DNA of 64,000 nt. It comes from an uncultured Chloroflexia bacterium. GTDB lineage: Bacteria > Chloroflexota > Chloroflexia > Thermomicrobiales > UBA6265. Below the pieces are notes generated by a model. The model did no database searches, had not been told where the DNA came from, and saw nothing but the letters and a program-made list of their open reading frames with translations. Positions within the stretch are counted from its first letter, which is position 1. Every line of letters starts with the position of its first letter. The position numbers and the translations under genes are program-made. The stretch spans positions 704,001-768,000 of the forward strand of contig CAVRUC010000007.1 in NCBI GenBank assembly GCA_963724295.1. The letters are read 5' to 3'. Positions 10,812-20,910 of this stretch are shown one piece after another.

Positions 10812-12166
10812 AGCCGATCTGTGTGGTCGGTGGCGGCGGATATGTCGGTCTTGGCTACGCGGTCGCCCTTGCCGAGCTCGGGCATCAGGTCGTCGGGTTA
10901 GATATCGACGCGACCCGTGTCGAGCGCCTCAATCGTGGCGACAGCCCGATCTACGAGATGGGTCTTCCGGAGATGCTCCGTCGCAATCTCGATGAAGGAC
11001 GTCTCCGCTTCACGACCGACTATGCTGACGGCGTACCCGGCAGCCGCATGGTCTTTCTCTGCACCGGGACGCCTTCACTTTCCGACGGCGAGGCCGATCT
11101 GCGTCAAGTACGGGCCGCGGCGGCGTCGATTGGAGCGCATCTCCAGCCGGCAACCTCGACCATCATTGTCAACAAGAGCACCATGCCGGTCGGTACCGCG
11201 GAACTGGTCGCCGGCATCGTGGCCGAGCACGCGCCGCGAGATGCCGCATTTGCGGTGATAAGCAATCCCGAGTTTCTGCGCGAAGGCCGGGTGCTGCACG
11301 ACATCCTTCACCCCGACCGCGTCGTGCTCGGAGGTGACGATGTCGACGCGCTGGCAGAAGTCGCCGCGCTCTACGAACCACTCGGCGCTCCCATCCTGCA
11401 GACCGATCACCGCTCGGCAGAGTTGATCAAATACGCGGCGAACGCGTTCCTGGCGACCAAGATCTCGTTTATCAACGACATTGCTCGCCTCTGCGAGCGA
11501 TTGGGCGCCGATGTCACGGTGGTGGCCGCGGGGATCGGTGCCGATGAGCGGATTGGGCCGCGTTTTCTTCATGCCGGGATCGGTTTCGGCGGCTCATGCT
11601 TCCCCAAGGATGTCGGGGCGTTGACCCGCATGGCCGAGGGGGCCGGGCTTCACCCCGGGCTGCTCCGGTCGGTCCTGGAGATCAATCGCGAGGCCCAGCG
11701 CCGGTTCGTCACCCGCGCCGATGAGCTGCTCGGAGGCCTCGATGGCCGGGAGATAGCCGTCTGGGGTTTGTCGTTCAAGGAAGGCACGGACGACCTGCGG
11801 GACTCGCCGGCCGTTCAGGTTGTCGAGATGCTGGTGGAACGGGGAGCCGCGGTGCGTGCCCACGATCCAGCGGCGCTTGCCAATGCGGCGGCCCGGCTGC
11901 CAGGCATTGTGCTCTGCGATGATCTCTATGAAGCCGCGGTGGGCGCCGACGCGGTCGCGCTCTGCACTCCCTGGCCCGAGTACGCCTCGGTCGACTTCAA
12001 CCGGCTGAAGCGAGTCATGCGCGGTGATCTGGTACTCGACGGCAGAAATATGCTTGATTCGGTCCGGGTCGAAGCGGCGGGACTTCGCTATGTCGGGATC
12101 GGACGTGGCAACCGTCACACGGCCGCTGCGGACGCCGCTCATGGGGTGCCCGTTCCGGCGTCGTAG
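10808..12166 (+). CDS. ugd: UDP-glucose/GDP-mannose 6-dehydrogenase
   Basis: GGGYVGL, NKSTMPVGT, SNPEFLREG, GFGGSCFPKD, DDLRDSP. Confidence 0.95.
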   Translation: MKPICVVGGGGYVGLGYAVALAELGHQVVGLDIDATRVERLNRGDSPIYEMGLPEMLRRNLDEGRLRFTTDYADGVPGSRMVFLCTGTPSLSDGEADLRQVRAAAASIGAHLQPATSTIIVNKSTMPVGTAELVAGIVAEHAPRDAAFAVISNPEFLREGRVLHDILHPDRVVLGGDDVDALAEVAALYEPLGAPILQTDHRSAELIKYAANAFLATKISFINDIARLCERLGADVTVVAAGIGADERIGPRFLHAGIGFGGSCFPKDVGALTRMAEGAGLHPGLLRSVLEINREAQRRFVTRADELLGGLDGREIAVWGLSFKEGTDDLRDSPAVQVVEMLVERGAAVRAHDPAALANAAARLPGIVLCDDLYEAAVGADAVALCTPWPEYASVDFNRLKRVMRGDLVLDGRNMLDSVRVEAAGLRYVGIGRGNRHTAAADAAHGVPVPAS

Positions 12167-12202
12167 GCGCAATCGCGCGCCATGCGCCGCCATTCATCCC
12201 GA

Positions 12203-12967
12203 CTACGCGGCGGCGGCCCCTTGGCGAGTTTCGGCCCCTTCCAGCGCAAGTGCCGCGACATTGGCCATCGCCTGCGCGAGATCGAGCTCTCCCTCGTCGA
12301 GGCGGAACGGCTCTCCGTTCCTGTCGGCCACGATCGCCCCAGCGAATCGGTCTCCAATCCGGATCGGCGCAATAAGCAGCGAGTTGACGTTGATCGTCTC
12401 CGTCCCGGAACCCGCCCGTGCGCTGAGGTCTTCGACTACCGCTTTGGGCGGGCGCGACACATCGCGCGCCAGTGGCGAGTCTTCGACCGGAACTTCGTCC
12501 GGCAAATTGGTCAACGGCGGGCCGTACGTGCCAACCCGAGTGGTTCTTCCGCTCGAGTCGTCGATGACCCGGATGGCAACTCGCCGCATGCCGAGCGCAC
12601 CGGCCAGCCGCTCCGCGAGGAGACCAAAGAACTCTTCCTGAGGCGTCCTGGCAGCCGCGGCGTAGATCGTTTCGGATAGTGATGCCAGCCGGCTCGCGAG
12701 CTCGACGCGCTCGGCGGAGGCGAGATCGAGCAGAGCTGGCGTCGCCTCCGGATTCGGTTCCCGCCGCCGGTATTTGCGGGGGGCGCGTTCCCGCATAGGC
12801 CGCCAGTCACGCAGGTCTTCCGACGTGATCAGCGCCATTCGCCCCAGGCGCGTGGCCGGCAGCTTGCCACGTCGCACGGCACGCGACACCGTGTGATAGG
12901 AGACTCCTTTGAGCCGTGCTGCCTCGGCCATCGTGTATACGTCGCCGGTGCCAGTCACTTCATTCAC
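12203..12967 (-). CDS. Excisionase-type HTH DNA-binding protein with C-terminal GAF domain
   Basis: YTMAEAARLKGVSYHTVSRAVRRGKLPA; SLLIAPIRIGDRFAGAI...ELDLAQAMANVAALAL. Confidence 0.8.
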   Translation of the reverse strand: MNEVTGTGDVYTMAEAARLKGVSYHTVSRAVRRGKLPATRLGRMALITSEDLRDWRPMRERAPRKYRRREPNPEATPALLDLASAERVELASRLASLSETIYAAAARTPQEEFFGLLAERLAGALGMRRVAIRVIDDSSGRTTRVGTYGPPLTNLPDEVPVEDSPLARDVSRPPKAVVEDLSARAGSGTETINVNSLLIAPIRIGDRFAGAIVADRNGEPFRLDEGELDLAQAMANVAALALEGAETRQGAAAA

Positions 12968-13325
12968 CCGAGACTCCTTTTCTGAGGTTGCTTGCCGCCT
13001 GAGCCTAGCTCTCGAAAACCTGTGGGGTGCGCCCGGAAATGGAGACTACGTTGCATGGCGCAAACACATGGTACACCTGCTAGCTGAATTCCACACTTCC
13101 GAGTCATCGTGTGCTTGCTTCATGAAAGACCGAAATCGCGGAATGGTGTTGGCCATTCGGACTGGGACGGTCTTTTGACCGTTGCATCGTCATCGCGAGC
13201 CCCAAAATCCTTGCCTCTCTTCGGCAGTCAGCTCCCTGCGGGCGACTGCTATTGCGGTTTGACCGCAATTCGCGTGCCGACTAGGATGCGCCCGGTCGTG
13301 CCTGTCGCGGTGTCGAGGAGGCAAG

Positions 13326-14123
13326 ATGCCGAAATTTGCGGCAAACCTGTCAATGCTCTTCACGGAACATCCATTTCTGGAACGCTTTGCACGCGCCAAG
13401 GCGGCCGGTTTTCAGGCTGTCGAGTTCTTGTTCCCTTACGAGTACGAAAGTAATGCCATCTCCCGCGAGCTGCGGCGCAACGAGCTGGAGCAAGTGCTGT
13501 TCAATCTTCCCGCGGGGGATTTCACGGCCGGCGATCGCGGCATGGCTAACGATCCCGACCGGGTCGAGGAATTCCGCGCCGGAGTCGAAGAGGGATTACG
13601 CATTGCGGCGGAGCTCGGCTGTGGCCGGCTGAACTGCCTGGCGGGGCTGCGCCTGGCCGACGTGCCGGAGGAGACGCAGACGGAGACCCTCATCGAGAAC
13701 CTGCGCTATGCGGCCGACGCCGCCGCAAGGGTCGGGGTCCTGCAGGTCATCGAGCCGCTCAACGCGTTCGACGCTCCCGGCTACTTTGTGCCGACACCGG
13801 AGTTGGGGTTTGCCATCGTCGAACGAGCCAGGCATCCCAATCTCTTGCTGCAATACGACGTTTACCACGCGCAGCGCATGAGCGGGAATCTGGCGGCCAC
13901 GATCGCCGCCCGGATTGACCTGATCGGTCACGTGCAGATCGCCGACAGTCCCGCCCGCAACGAGCCCGGGACGGGGGAGATCAACTATCCCTTTGTGCTG
14001 CAAGCGCTGGACGATGCCGGATACGATGGCTGGGTGAGTCTCGAATACCGGCCGCGGCAGACCACCGAGTCGTCCCTGAAGTGGTTGACTGACATGGGGT
14101 ACTGGGCACCAGAACACGGATAA
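13326..14123 (+). CDS. hyi: Hydroxypyruvate isomerase
   Basis: MPKFAANLSMLFTE, VEFLFPY, YDVYHAQ, HVQIADSPARNEPGTGEIN. Confidence 0.93.
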   Translation: MPKFAANLSMLFTEHPFLERFARAKAAGFQAVEFLFPYEYESNAISRELRRNELEQVLFNLPAGDFTAGDRGMANDPDRVEEFRAGVEEGLRIAAELGCGRLNCLAGLRLADVPEETQTETLIENLRYAADAAARVGVLQVIEPLNAFDAPGYFVPTPELGFAIVERARHPNLLLQYDVYHAQRMSGNLAATIAARIDLIGHVQIADSPARNEPGTGEINYPFVLQALDDAGYDGWVSLEYRPRQTTESSLKWLTDMGYWAPEHG

Positions 14124-14136
14124 CGGGAGAGCTTGC

Positions 14137-15051
14137 ATGGCGGATTTCGAAGGCGCACCGATCGGGTTCATCGGGCTTGGCATCATGGGTAAGCCTATGG
14201 CCAGAAATCTGGCCAAGGCGGGGTACGATCTGGTCGTCTACAACCGCAGCCGGGACGACGTCGACGCACTGCTCGCCGAGGGCGACAAGTTCCAGGCGGC
14301 GGGAAACCCGCGCGAAGTGGCGGAGCGAACCAGAGCGGTCATCACCATGCTTCCCGATTCACCCGATGTCCGCGACGTCGTCTTTGGCGAGAACGGCGTC
14401 CTGTCAGCCGTCGACACGGGGCATTTGCTCGTCGACATGAGCACGATCGCCCCCGCGACTTCGGTCGAGGTCGATGCCGCGCTGCGGGAGCGCGGCGCGC
14501 GTGCGCTCGACGCTCCCGTAAGCGGCGGTGACAAGGGCGCCATCGCCGGCACGCTCAGCATCATGGTCGGCGGCGACGCCGAAGACTTCCAACGGGCGAT
14601 GCCTCTCTTCGAGGCGATGGGCAAGACCATCGTCCATGTCGGCGGGGCGGGTGCCGGTCAAATCGTGAAGGCCTGCAACCAGGTCGTCGTCGCCATCAAT
14701 TACGCGGCCGTCAGCGAGGCGCTGGTGCTTGGCGCGAAGGCCGGCGTCGATCCGGACAAGATCGTGCAGGTCCTCTCCGGCGGACTGGCCGCCAGCCGGG
14801 TGCTCGAGCTGAAGGGTCCGTCCATGGTTGCTCATCAATTCGAACCCGGATTCCGTGTCGATCTGCACCGCAAGGATCTCGGCATAGCGCGTTCCACCGC
14901 TGTTGAGAACTCGGCTCCTCTTCCGGTGACCGCCGTCGTCAGCCAGCTCTTCGAAGCGGCCGCGGCGGCCGGCAATGGCGACCGTGATCACAGCGCGCTG
15001 GTGACGGTCTACGAGGAGCTTGCTCGGTTCACGATCGGCGACGTGGGTTAG
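14137..15051 (+). CDS. glxR: 2-hydroxy-3-oxopropionate (tartronate semialdehyde) reductase
   Basis: IGFIGLGIMGKPMA, DAPVSGG, KACNQ, PGFRVDLHRKDL; adjacent to hyi. Confidence 0.88.
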   Translation: MADFEGAPIGFIGLGIMGKPMARNLAKAGYDLVVYNRSRDDVDALLAEGDKFQAAGNPREVAERTRAVITMLPDSPDVRDVVFGENGVLSAVDTGHLLVDMSTIAPATSVEVDAALRERGARALDAPVSGGDKGAIAGTLSIMVGGDAEDFQRAMPLFEAMGKTIVHVGGAGAGQIVKACNQVVVAINYAAVSEALVLGAKAGVDPDKIVQVLSGGLAASRVLELKGPSMVAHQFEPGFRVDLHRKDLGIARSTAVENSAPLPVTAVVSQLFEAAAAAGNGDRDHSALVTVYEELARFTIGDVG

Positions 15052-15064
15052 CGTGGAGACTTCG

Positions 15065-16162
15065 ATGACCACTCTCAGCGCCCAACGGCCGGGCGCACCG
15101 CTCATGGACAACGCCTCGCGCGCCTACGATGCGCTCCTCGTGCTCTCGTTCGGAGGCCCGGAGGGCATGGACGACGTCATGCCATTTCTGGAAAACGTCA
15201 CCCGCGGTCGCAATATTCCGCGGGAACGGCTCGAGGAAGTCGCCGCGCACTACGCCCATTTTGGCGGCATCAGTCCGATCAACGCCCAGAACCGGGCGTT
15301 GATTGCCGCGCTCGAACGGGAGCTGGCCGAACACGGCATCGACCTGCCGATCTACTTCGGGAACCGCAACTGGCATCCCTTGTTGCAAGACACCATCGAG
15401 GTGATGCGAGCTGAAGGAGTGAAAAACTCACTCCTCTTCGTCACATCGGCGTACAGCTCGTATTCCAGCTGCCGGCAATACCGCGAGGATGTCATGCGAG
15501 CCCTGGACGCCATCGGCGAGCAGGATATGCGCTTTGACAAGATCCGCGTGTTCTACAACCACCCGGGATTCGTGGAACCGATGGCGCGGCGAGTCCGCGA
15601 GGCTCTCGAGTCACTGCCGCAAGATCGGCGGGACGCGGCCGAGGTCGTCTTTACCGCGCATAGCATCCCGGTCTCGATGGCCAGGACCAGCGCCTACGAG
15701 CGTCAGCTGCGCGAGGTCAGCCGGCTCGTGGCCGGACTCGCCGGCGCCGCGCGCTACCGGCTGGCATGGCAGAGCCGCAGCGGACCACCGCACGTCCCGT
15801 GGCTCGAGCCCGATGTTCTCGACGAGCTGGATCGCTTGCATGCGTCGGGCGCGGAAGACGTCATCGTGGTCCCGATCGGGTTCATCTCTGACCATCTCGA
15901 AGTGCTCTTCGATCTCGACGTCGAGGCGCAAGACCGAGCCCACGAGCTCGGCATGAACATGGTTCGCGTCCCTACGGTCGGAACCGACCCGGTCTTCGTC
16001 GCCATGATCCGGGAGTTGATCGAGGAGCGCCTTCGAGAAAATCCGGAGCGGCGCTTCCTCGGCGAGCTCGGCGCCAGTCACGATCTCTGCGCCCTTAATT
16101 GCTGCCAGCTCGGCGAGCGCCGGCCCGTCCCTCGGGCCGCGCCGGAGCGGGCCACCGCCTGA
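15065..16162 (+). CDS. hemH: Ferrochelatase (actinobacterial-like coproporphyrin type with C-terminal Cys cluster)
   Basis: SFGGPEG, FTAHSIP, QSRSGPPHVPWLEPD, PIGFISDHLEVLFDLD, HDLCALNCC. Confidence 0.93.
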   Translation: MTTLSAQRPGAPLMDNASRAYDALLVLSFGGPEGMDDVMPFLENVTRGRNIPRERLEEVAAHYAHFGGISPINAQNRALIAALERELAEHGIDLPIYFGNRNWHPLLQDTIEVMRAEGVKNSLLFVTSAYSSYSSCRQYREDVMRALDAIGEQDMRFDKIRVFYNHPGFVEPMARRVREALESLPQDRRDAAEVVFTAHSIPVSMARTSAYERQLREVSRLVAGLAGAARYRLAWQSRSGPPHVPWLEPDVLDELDRLHASGAEDVIVVPIGFISDHLEVLFDLDVEAQDRAHELGMNMVRVPTVGTDPVFVAMIRELIEERLRENPERRFLGELGASHDLCALNCCQLGERRPVPRAAPERATA

Positions 16163-16203
16163 ACGGAATCTCGCCGCTTCATCGTTCGTTTGGAAAGGGC
16201 CGT

Positions 16204-17445
16204 ATGGAGAGTTCGCTTCCCGTCACCCAGGCCGACGCCGTCGTCATCGGGGCTGGAGCCTTCGGGCTCAGCGCCGGGTATCAGCTTGCCGCTCACGGCG
16301 CGGGCCGGGTCGTGGTGCTTGATCGGTTCGCCCCCGGCTCGCAGACGTCGCCGCGCGCCGCCGGTCTCTACAAGTTGATTCAGGCCGACGAGACGCTCAC
16401 CCGCCTGGCGCAATCGAGCATCGAAGTCATTCGCGGATTCAGCGAGGCCACCGGGGTCCCACTCTCCTACGTGCAGTCGGGAAGCGTTCTGGCCGCGCGC
16501 ACGGCTGAGCACGCGGCGCTGGTCGATGAGGAAGCTGAGGCGGCAGCGGGTTGGGGCGTCGAGCTGGAAAAGATCGATGCGGACGGTGTGCGCCGCATCG
16601 CGCCCTACCTCACTGGACGCGGCATCCGCACCGCCTACTACGTGCCCGGCGACATCTACATCGAGGAGCCTCGTTCCCTGCTCGACGCCTACATGGCCGC
16701 GATCGCGCAACTCGGCTCGCTCGTCGTGGGCGAAGCACCCGTGACCGGCATCCTTGTCAACAATGGCGAGATCACGGGCGTATCCACACCCCGCGGCGAC
16801 ATCGCGACCCCATTGGTGATCGACGCGGCGGGAGCCTGGGCGCGAGGGGTCGGCGCATTGGCAGGGGTTGAGGTGGCGGTGGCACCGGTGCGGCACCAAC
16901 TCCTCATCACCCGGGCGATCGCCGGGATGTCCCCACGGGAGCCGATCGCGCGCATCGTCGATGCCTCCGCCTATCTGCGACCGGCGCGCGGCGGGCTGAT
17001 GATGGGCGGCATGGAGAGTGACCCGATTTCAATCGACCCACGGCACGATCCAGACTTCAGCATGCCCGATACGCCGCTCGACATGCGTGTGCTCGACGAA
17101 TTCACGGCGGCGCTCGGGCCACTCGTACCCGCGCTCGGCGATACGCCGGTAGCCGAGCACCGTGGTGGTCTCTTCACGATGACGCCTGACGCCCGCTTTC
17201 TGGCCGGTCCCGTGTCCCAGGTGCGCGGGCTCTGGACGGCGACCGGGTGCAACGGCAGCGGCTTTTCGATCTCGGCCGGAATCGGGCGTGCGCTGGCGGA
17301 ATGGATCGTCGGCGGAGAGCCGGCGATTGACCTGTCGAGCCTCGACCCCGGACGTTTTGGTCCCGGCCCCCTCGATGACGAGCAACTGACGTCAGCCGGA
17401 CTCTGGCAGTACGCGAACTACTACACACCGCGACTCGCGGTCTAA
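16204..17445 (+). CDS. FAD-dependent oxidoreductase (DAO/sarcosine oxidase beta family)
   Basis: VVIGAGAFG, IDAAGAWA, MTPDARFLAG, GCNGSGF. Confidence 0.88.
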   Translation: MESSLPVTQADAVVIGAGAFGLSAGYQLAAHGAGRVVVLDRFAPGSQTSPRAAGLYKLIQADETLTRLAQSSIEVIRGFSEATGVPLSYVQSGSVLAARTAEHAALVDEEAEAAAGWGVELEKIDADGVRRIAPYLTGRGIRTAYYVPGDIYIEEPRSLLDAYMAAIAQLGSLVVGEAPVTGILVNNGEITGVSTPRGDIATPLVIDAAGAWARGVGALAGVEVAVAPVRHQLLITRAIAGMSPREPIARIVDASAYLRPARGGLMMGGMESDPISIDPRHDPDFSMPDTPLDMRVLDEFTAALGPLVPALGDTPVAEHRGGLFTMTPDARFLAGPVSQVRGLWTATGCNGSGFSISAGIGRALAEWIVGGEPAIDLSSLDPGRFGPGPLDDEQLTSAGLWQYANYYTPRLAV

Positions 17446-17467
17446 GTGGACGCCGTCGCAAAAAGAC

Positions 17468-17554
17468 GGTGTCATTCCGAGCCCGCAGGCGAGGAATCTC
17501 GGTGCGCGGGAGCTAACGGGACAATCGACGAGATTCCTCCGTCTGAATGACACC
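17468..17554. repeat. REP-like palindromic element (GTCATTCCG...GAGGAATCT / AGATTCCTC...GAATGAC)
   Basis: GGTGTCATTC pairs with GAATGACACC; GAGGAATCTCG (17491) pairs with CGAGATTCCTC (17529); related copy at 26830. Confidence 0.75.
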
Positions 17555-17676
17555 CTTCTCTGTGTCGCAGCACTCCGGTTGACACGCCTGGCCTGCCCCG
17601 GTGCTGCTTGCCGCGAGCGGTTCCCTGGGTTCACCACCTAACCGTGGCCCGATGCGGCGGCTGAAAGAGCCAAGAG

Positions 17677-17730
17677 GCCAAAGATGGCAAACATGGCAAA
17701 GGCTGCAAAGGCTGCAAAGGCTGCAAAGAA
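17677..17730. repeat. 9-bp tandem repeat (GGCTGCAAA x3 plus degenerate units)
   Basis: Directly visible: gccaaagat ggcaaacat ggcaaaggc tgcaaaggc tgcaaaggc tgcaaagaa. Confidence 0.85.
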
Positions 17731-17893
17731 TACGGGACTCAGAATCTCGGCCATCTTCTCGGTCCACGAGCACGACCGGTCTCGGATCGGGGCGTTGTCG
17801 GGTATCTTGTGGGTCGTCACGGGTCTGACTTCGAGCAGACCTTCAGGGCGAGGAGTACTGGCCGCGACGGCGGCGTGCAATGGGAGTTAGCAG

Positions 17894-18880
17894 ATGACTT
17901 CGGAGCGTTTCCTGATCACGGGAGCGCTGGGCTGCATCGGATCGTGGGCCGCCAAGCGGCTGGTCGACGAAGGCGTCCCGGTGACGACATACGATCTTCC
18001 GGGTGAGCCGCACCGAATGCGCATCATCATGGATGACGCCAGCATCGCAAAAGTGAATTTCGTGCACGGAGATATCACCGACGAGGTTCGCTTCGAGGAA
18101 GTCGTCCGCGAGCACGGCATCACCCACATCCTGCACCTGGCCGCCCTACAGGTGCCATTCGTGCGGGCGAACCCCGTGCTCGGGGCCCGGGTCAACGTGG
18201 TGGGGACCGCGATCGTTTTCGAGACCGCGCGCAAGCTGGTCGACCAGATCCAGGGACTCACCTACGCCTCGTCCATCGCCGTCTATGGATCGGCCAACCT
18301 CTACCCCCCGGGACCACTTGCCGACGACGCGCCGCTGATCCCGGTCACCCTCTATGGAGTCACCAAGGAGGCCAACGAGGGCTGGGCGGCTATCTACTGG
18401 CAAGACTACGCGGTGCCGAGCGTGGGGCTGCGCCCATTCTTCGTCTACGGACCGGGTCGCGACCAGGGCGTGAGCTCGACGCCGACGAAGGCGATGGCGG
18501 CTGCCGCTGTGGGAAGGCCCTACACCATCTCCTTTGGTGGCACCGACACCTACCAGCACGCCGACGACGTCGCCCGCGTCTTCATCCAGGCCGCACGTAC
18601 GATGCCGGCCGGAGCGCCGGTTTACAACCTCGGTGGCACGGTAGCGTCGGTGGCCGAGGTGGTCGCCGCTATCGAACGGGCGGCTCCGGAGAGCGCCGGC
18701 ACGATCACCTATACCCCTGAGTCGTTGTTCACGCCCGACGGTGTGGAAGGCAAGGCGGTTGAGGAGCTCCTGGGACCAATCGCCTGGCGACCGCTCGACC
18801 AGGGCGTTCGAGATACGATCGAATCGTTCCGCACCGCCGCCAGCGCCGGCCGGTTCGACGCCGAGCGGGCCATTGCCTGA
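17894..18880 (+). CDS. NAD-dependent epimerase/dehydratase (extended SDR)
   Basis: ITGALGCIG, HLAA, SSIAVYG, YGVTK, VYGPGRD. Confidence 0.9.
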   Translation: MTSERFLITGALGCIGSWAAKRLVDEGVPVTTYDLPGEPHRMRIIMDDASIAKVNFVHGDITDEVRFEEVVREHGITHILHLAALQVPFVRANPVLGARVNVVGTAIVFETARKLVDQIQGLTYASSIAVYGSANLYPPGPLADDAPLIPVTLYGVTKEANEGWAAIYWQDYAVPSVGLRPFFVYGPGRDQGVSSTPTKAMAAAAVGRPYTISFGGTDTYQHADDVARVFIQAARTMPAGAPVYNLGGTVASVAEVVAAIERAAPESAGTITYTPESLFTPDGVEGKAVEELLGPIAWRPLDQGVRDTIESFRTAASAGRFDAERAIA

Positions 18881-18904
18881 GCGCGGCGGTGACGGAGGGT
18901 CGGC

Positions 18905-19414
18905 ATGAGGCCGCGGAACATCTTCGCCGCGAGCCGCTTCGTCATCGTGTTCGCGGTGCTCGGGTCGTTCGTCGGTTCGGCAATCTTGCTGGTGATCGCG
19001 ACCGCCTCCCTCTTCAACATTGCCTGGAACCAGATCGTCAACTTCCATCCCGCCAATCTGACCGGAAGCCGCATCGACCGTCTCGCCGTCGAATTGATCG
19101 AGATCACCGATGTCATCCTGTTGGGAACGGTGCTCTACATCGTGGCGCTGGGGCTATACCAACTATTCATTGACCAGAACCTGCCCTTGCCGCGTTGGCT
19201 CAAAGTGAACGACCTTACTGACCTGAAACGAGACCTGATCGGGGTCGTGGTCGTGTTGCTCGGCGTCAGCTTCCTGGGCGAAGTCGTGAACTGGGAGGGG
19301 GAAAGCGACCTGCTCCCGCTCGGCGCCGCAATCGCGTTAGTCATCGCGGCACTCGGCTTCATCCTCTGGCTCACGCCCGCAAAGCACGATGTCGACGACA
19401 CACGCGACGCGTGA
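18905..19414 (+). CDS. YqhA/UPF0114 family membrane protein
   Basis: Four TM helices; DVILLGTVLYIVALGLYQLFI, WLKVNDLTDLK. Confidence 0.85.
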   Translation: MRPRNIFAASRFVIVFAVLGSFVGSAILLVIATASLFNIAWNQIVNFHPANLTGSRIDRLAVELIEITDVILLGTVLYIVALGLYQLFIDQNLPLPRWLKVNDLTDLKRDLIGVVVVLLGVSFLGEVVNWEGESDLLPLGAAIALVIAALGFILWLTPAKHDVDDTRDA

Positions 19415-19471
19415 GCTCGCTCGGCCCTGACGAGTTGCCACGACCCGCATCCGAGCTGTTCTGCCCCCGCA

Positions 19472-20908
19472 TCAACCAGATGAGAGTTGGTACTCGCTTT
19501 CACTGCCTCTAGAGGCAAGCAGCTCGTCCCGCAACGTCTCATAGCCCTCACGTCCCATGAGCGCGTAGGTGGCGTTCTTGCCGGCCTCGACGCCCGGTTG
19601 ACCAAACGGGTTGATGTTCAGCAGCGCGCCGCCCATCACCGTTTGCAGCTCATACAGGTAGAACAGCTCGCCCAGGACGGCGGCATCAACGGTCGGCACC
19701 GCGATCGTGAAGTTCGGGCGCTGCGCCTGGGTGAGAGCCCACGCCGTCGCCAGCTGCTCCCGCTGCAGGAGCTGACCGAGCTCCGCGCCCTGAAGGTAAT
19801 CCAGCTCGGGAATCCCATCCGGTACATCTTCGACCGTCACACCGGCGCGGTATTCATCGACAGCGATGAGGCTGATGAGCTTGTCGTTTGGACCCTCGGT
19901 GTAGAGCTGGATCTGCGAATGCTGGTCGATGGCGCCCAGAGCTTTGATCGGCGTCTGGCCGGTGAAGACCACCTCGTTGTGCAGTGAGAGCCGTTTGCCG
20001 AGACTCTCCGCCCAGAGCTGACGGAACCAGTCCGACATCCCGAACAGCGCGTCCGCGTACGGCATTGTCACCAGGATCGACTTGTCGAGACGGGTATCGG
20101 CGAGGATACAGAGTGCCGCCAGCAGGTAGGCAGGGTTTTCCCGAACGTCTCCGGTCGCGGTGCGCGCCCGCATGGCTCGCGCACCCGCGAGCAGACCGTC
20201 CACGTCACAGCCGCAGATCGCCGCCGGCAACATGCCAACAGCGCTGAGAACCGTCATCCTGCCGTCGACCCCAGGCGGCACTGGAAACGTGCGATAGCCT
20301 TCCTGGTCCGCAAGCGCGCGCAGGAGTCCCTCTTCTGGATCAGTGGTCGCCACGATCTGTTGCCGCGCTCGTTCAGGACCGACGGCCGCCTCCAGCGCTT
20401 GCCGCGCCGCGAGAAAATTCGCCATTGTCTCCGCGGTTTGCCCCGACTTCGTCACGACGTTGACGAGGGTGCTCGCCAGATCGACGGTCTCCAGGGTCGC
20501 GGCGACCTTCTCCGGATCGGGATTGTCGAGAACAAAGAACCGCGGTCCGCCCCGCGCCTCGGACGGCAGCAGGTTACGAAATGGGTGGGCCAGGGCCTGG
20601 ACCGTCGCGATCGCTCCGAGTGATGAACCGCCGATACCGACCAGGATGAAATCCCGGTACTGGGCTCGAGCCTCGGCGGCGAAGGTATTGATCTCCCTGG
20701 CCAGCGCCGTGTCGGAGGGGAGGTCCATCCAGCGCTGCCCGCCGGCTGAGTGCTCCGCGCTGAGGCGCGCATGGTGCTCGGCGACGACCGGTGCCATCTC
20801 ATCGAGCATGGCATCGGTCACGCCGTGCTCTGGACCGACGGCGCCCGCCATGGCATTGCGATAGTCAATCGTGAGGCGAGACGCCTCCGTGTCATGATGA
20901 TCGTTCAC
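19472..20908 (-). CDS. pgi: Glucose-6-phosphate isomerase
   Basis: GIGGSSLG, TKSGQTAET, QLWAESLGK, DQHSQIQLY, NPFGQPGVEAGK. Confidence 0.95.
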   Translation of the reverse strand: MNDHHDTEASRLTIDYRNAMAGAVGPEHGVTDAMLDEMAPVVAEHHARLSAEHSAGGQRWMDLPSDTALAREINTFAAEARAQYRDFILVGIGGSSLGAIATVQALAHPFRNLLPSEARGGPRFFVLDNPDPEKVAATLETVDLASTLVNVVTKSGQTAETMANFLAARQALEAAVGPERARQQIVATTDPEEGLLRALADQEGYRTFPVPPGVDGRMTVLSAVGMLPAAICGCDVDGLLAGARAMRARTATGDVRENPAYLLAALCILADTRLDKSILVTMPYADALFGMSDWFRQLWAESLGKRLSLHNEVVFTGQTPIKALGAIDQHSQIQLYTEGPNDKLISLIAVDEYRAGVTVEDVPDGIPELDYLQGAELGQLLQREQLATAWALTQAQRPNFTIAVPTVDAAVLGELFYLYELQTVMGGALLNINPFGQPGVEAGKNATYALMGREGYETLRDELLASRGSESEYQLSSG

Positions 20909-20910
20909 GG

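Noticed and set aside
12203..12967. Prophage/ICE excisionase marking a mobile element
   Set aside because: HTH is fused to GAF; no integrase, att sites or phage genes in the window
17684..17890. ORF MANMAKAAKAAKAAKN
   Set aside because: Product of the 9-bp tandem repeat; no RBS or recognisable domain
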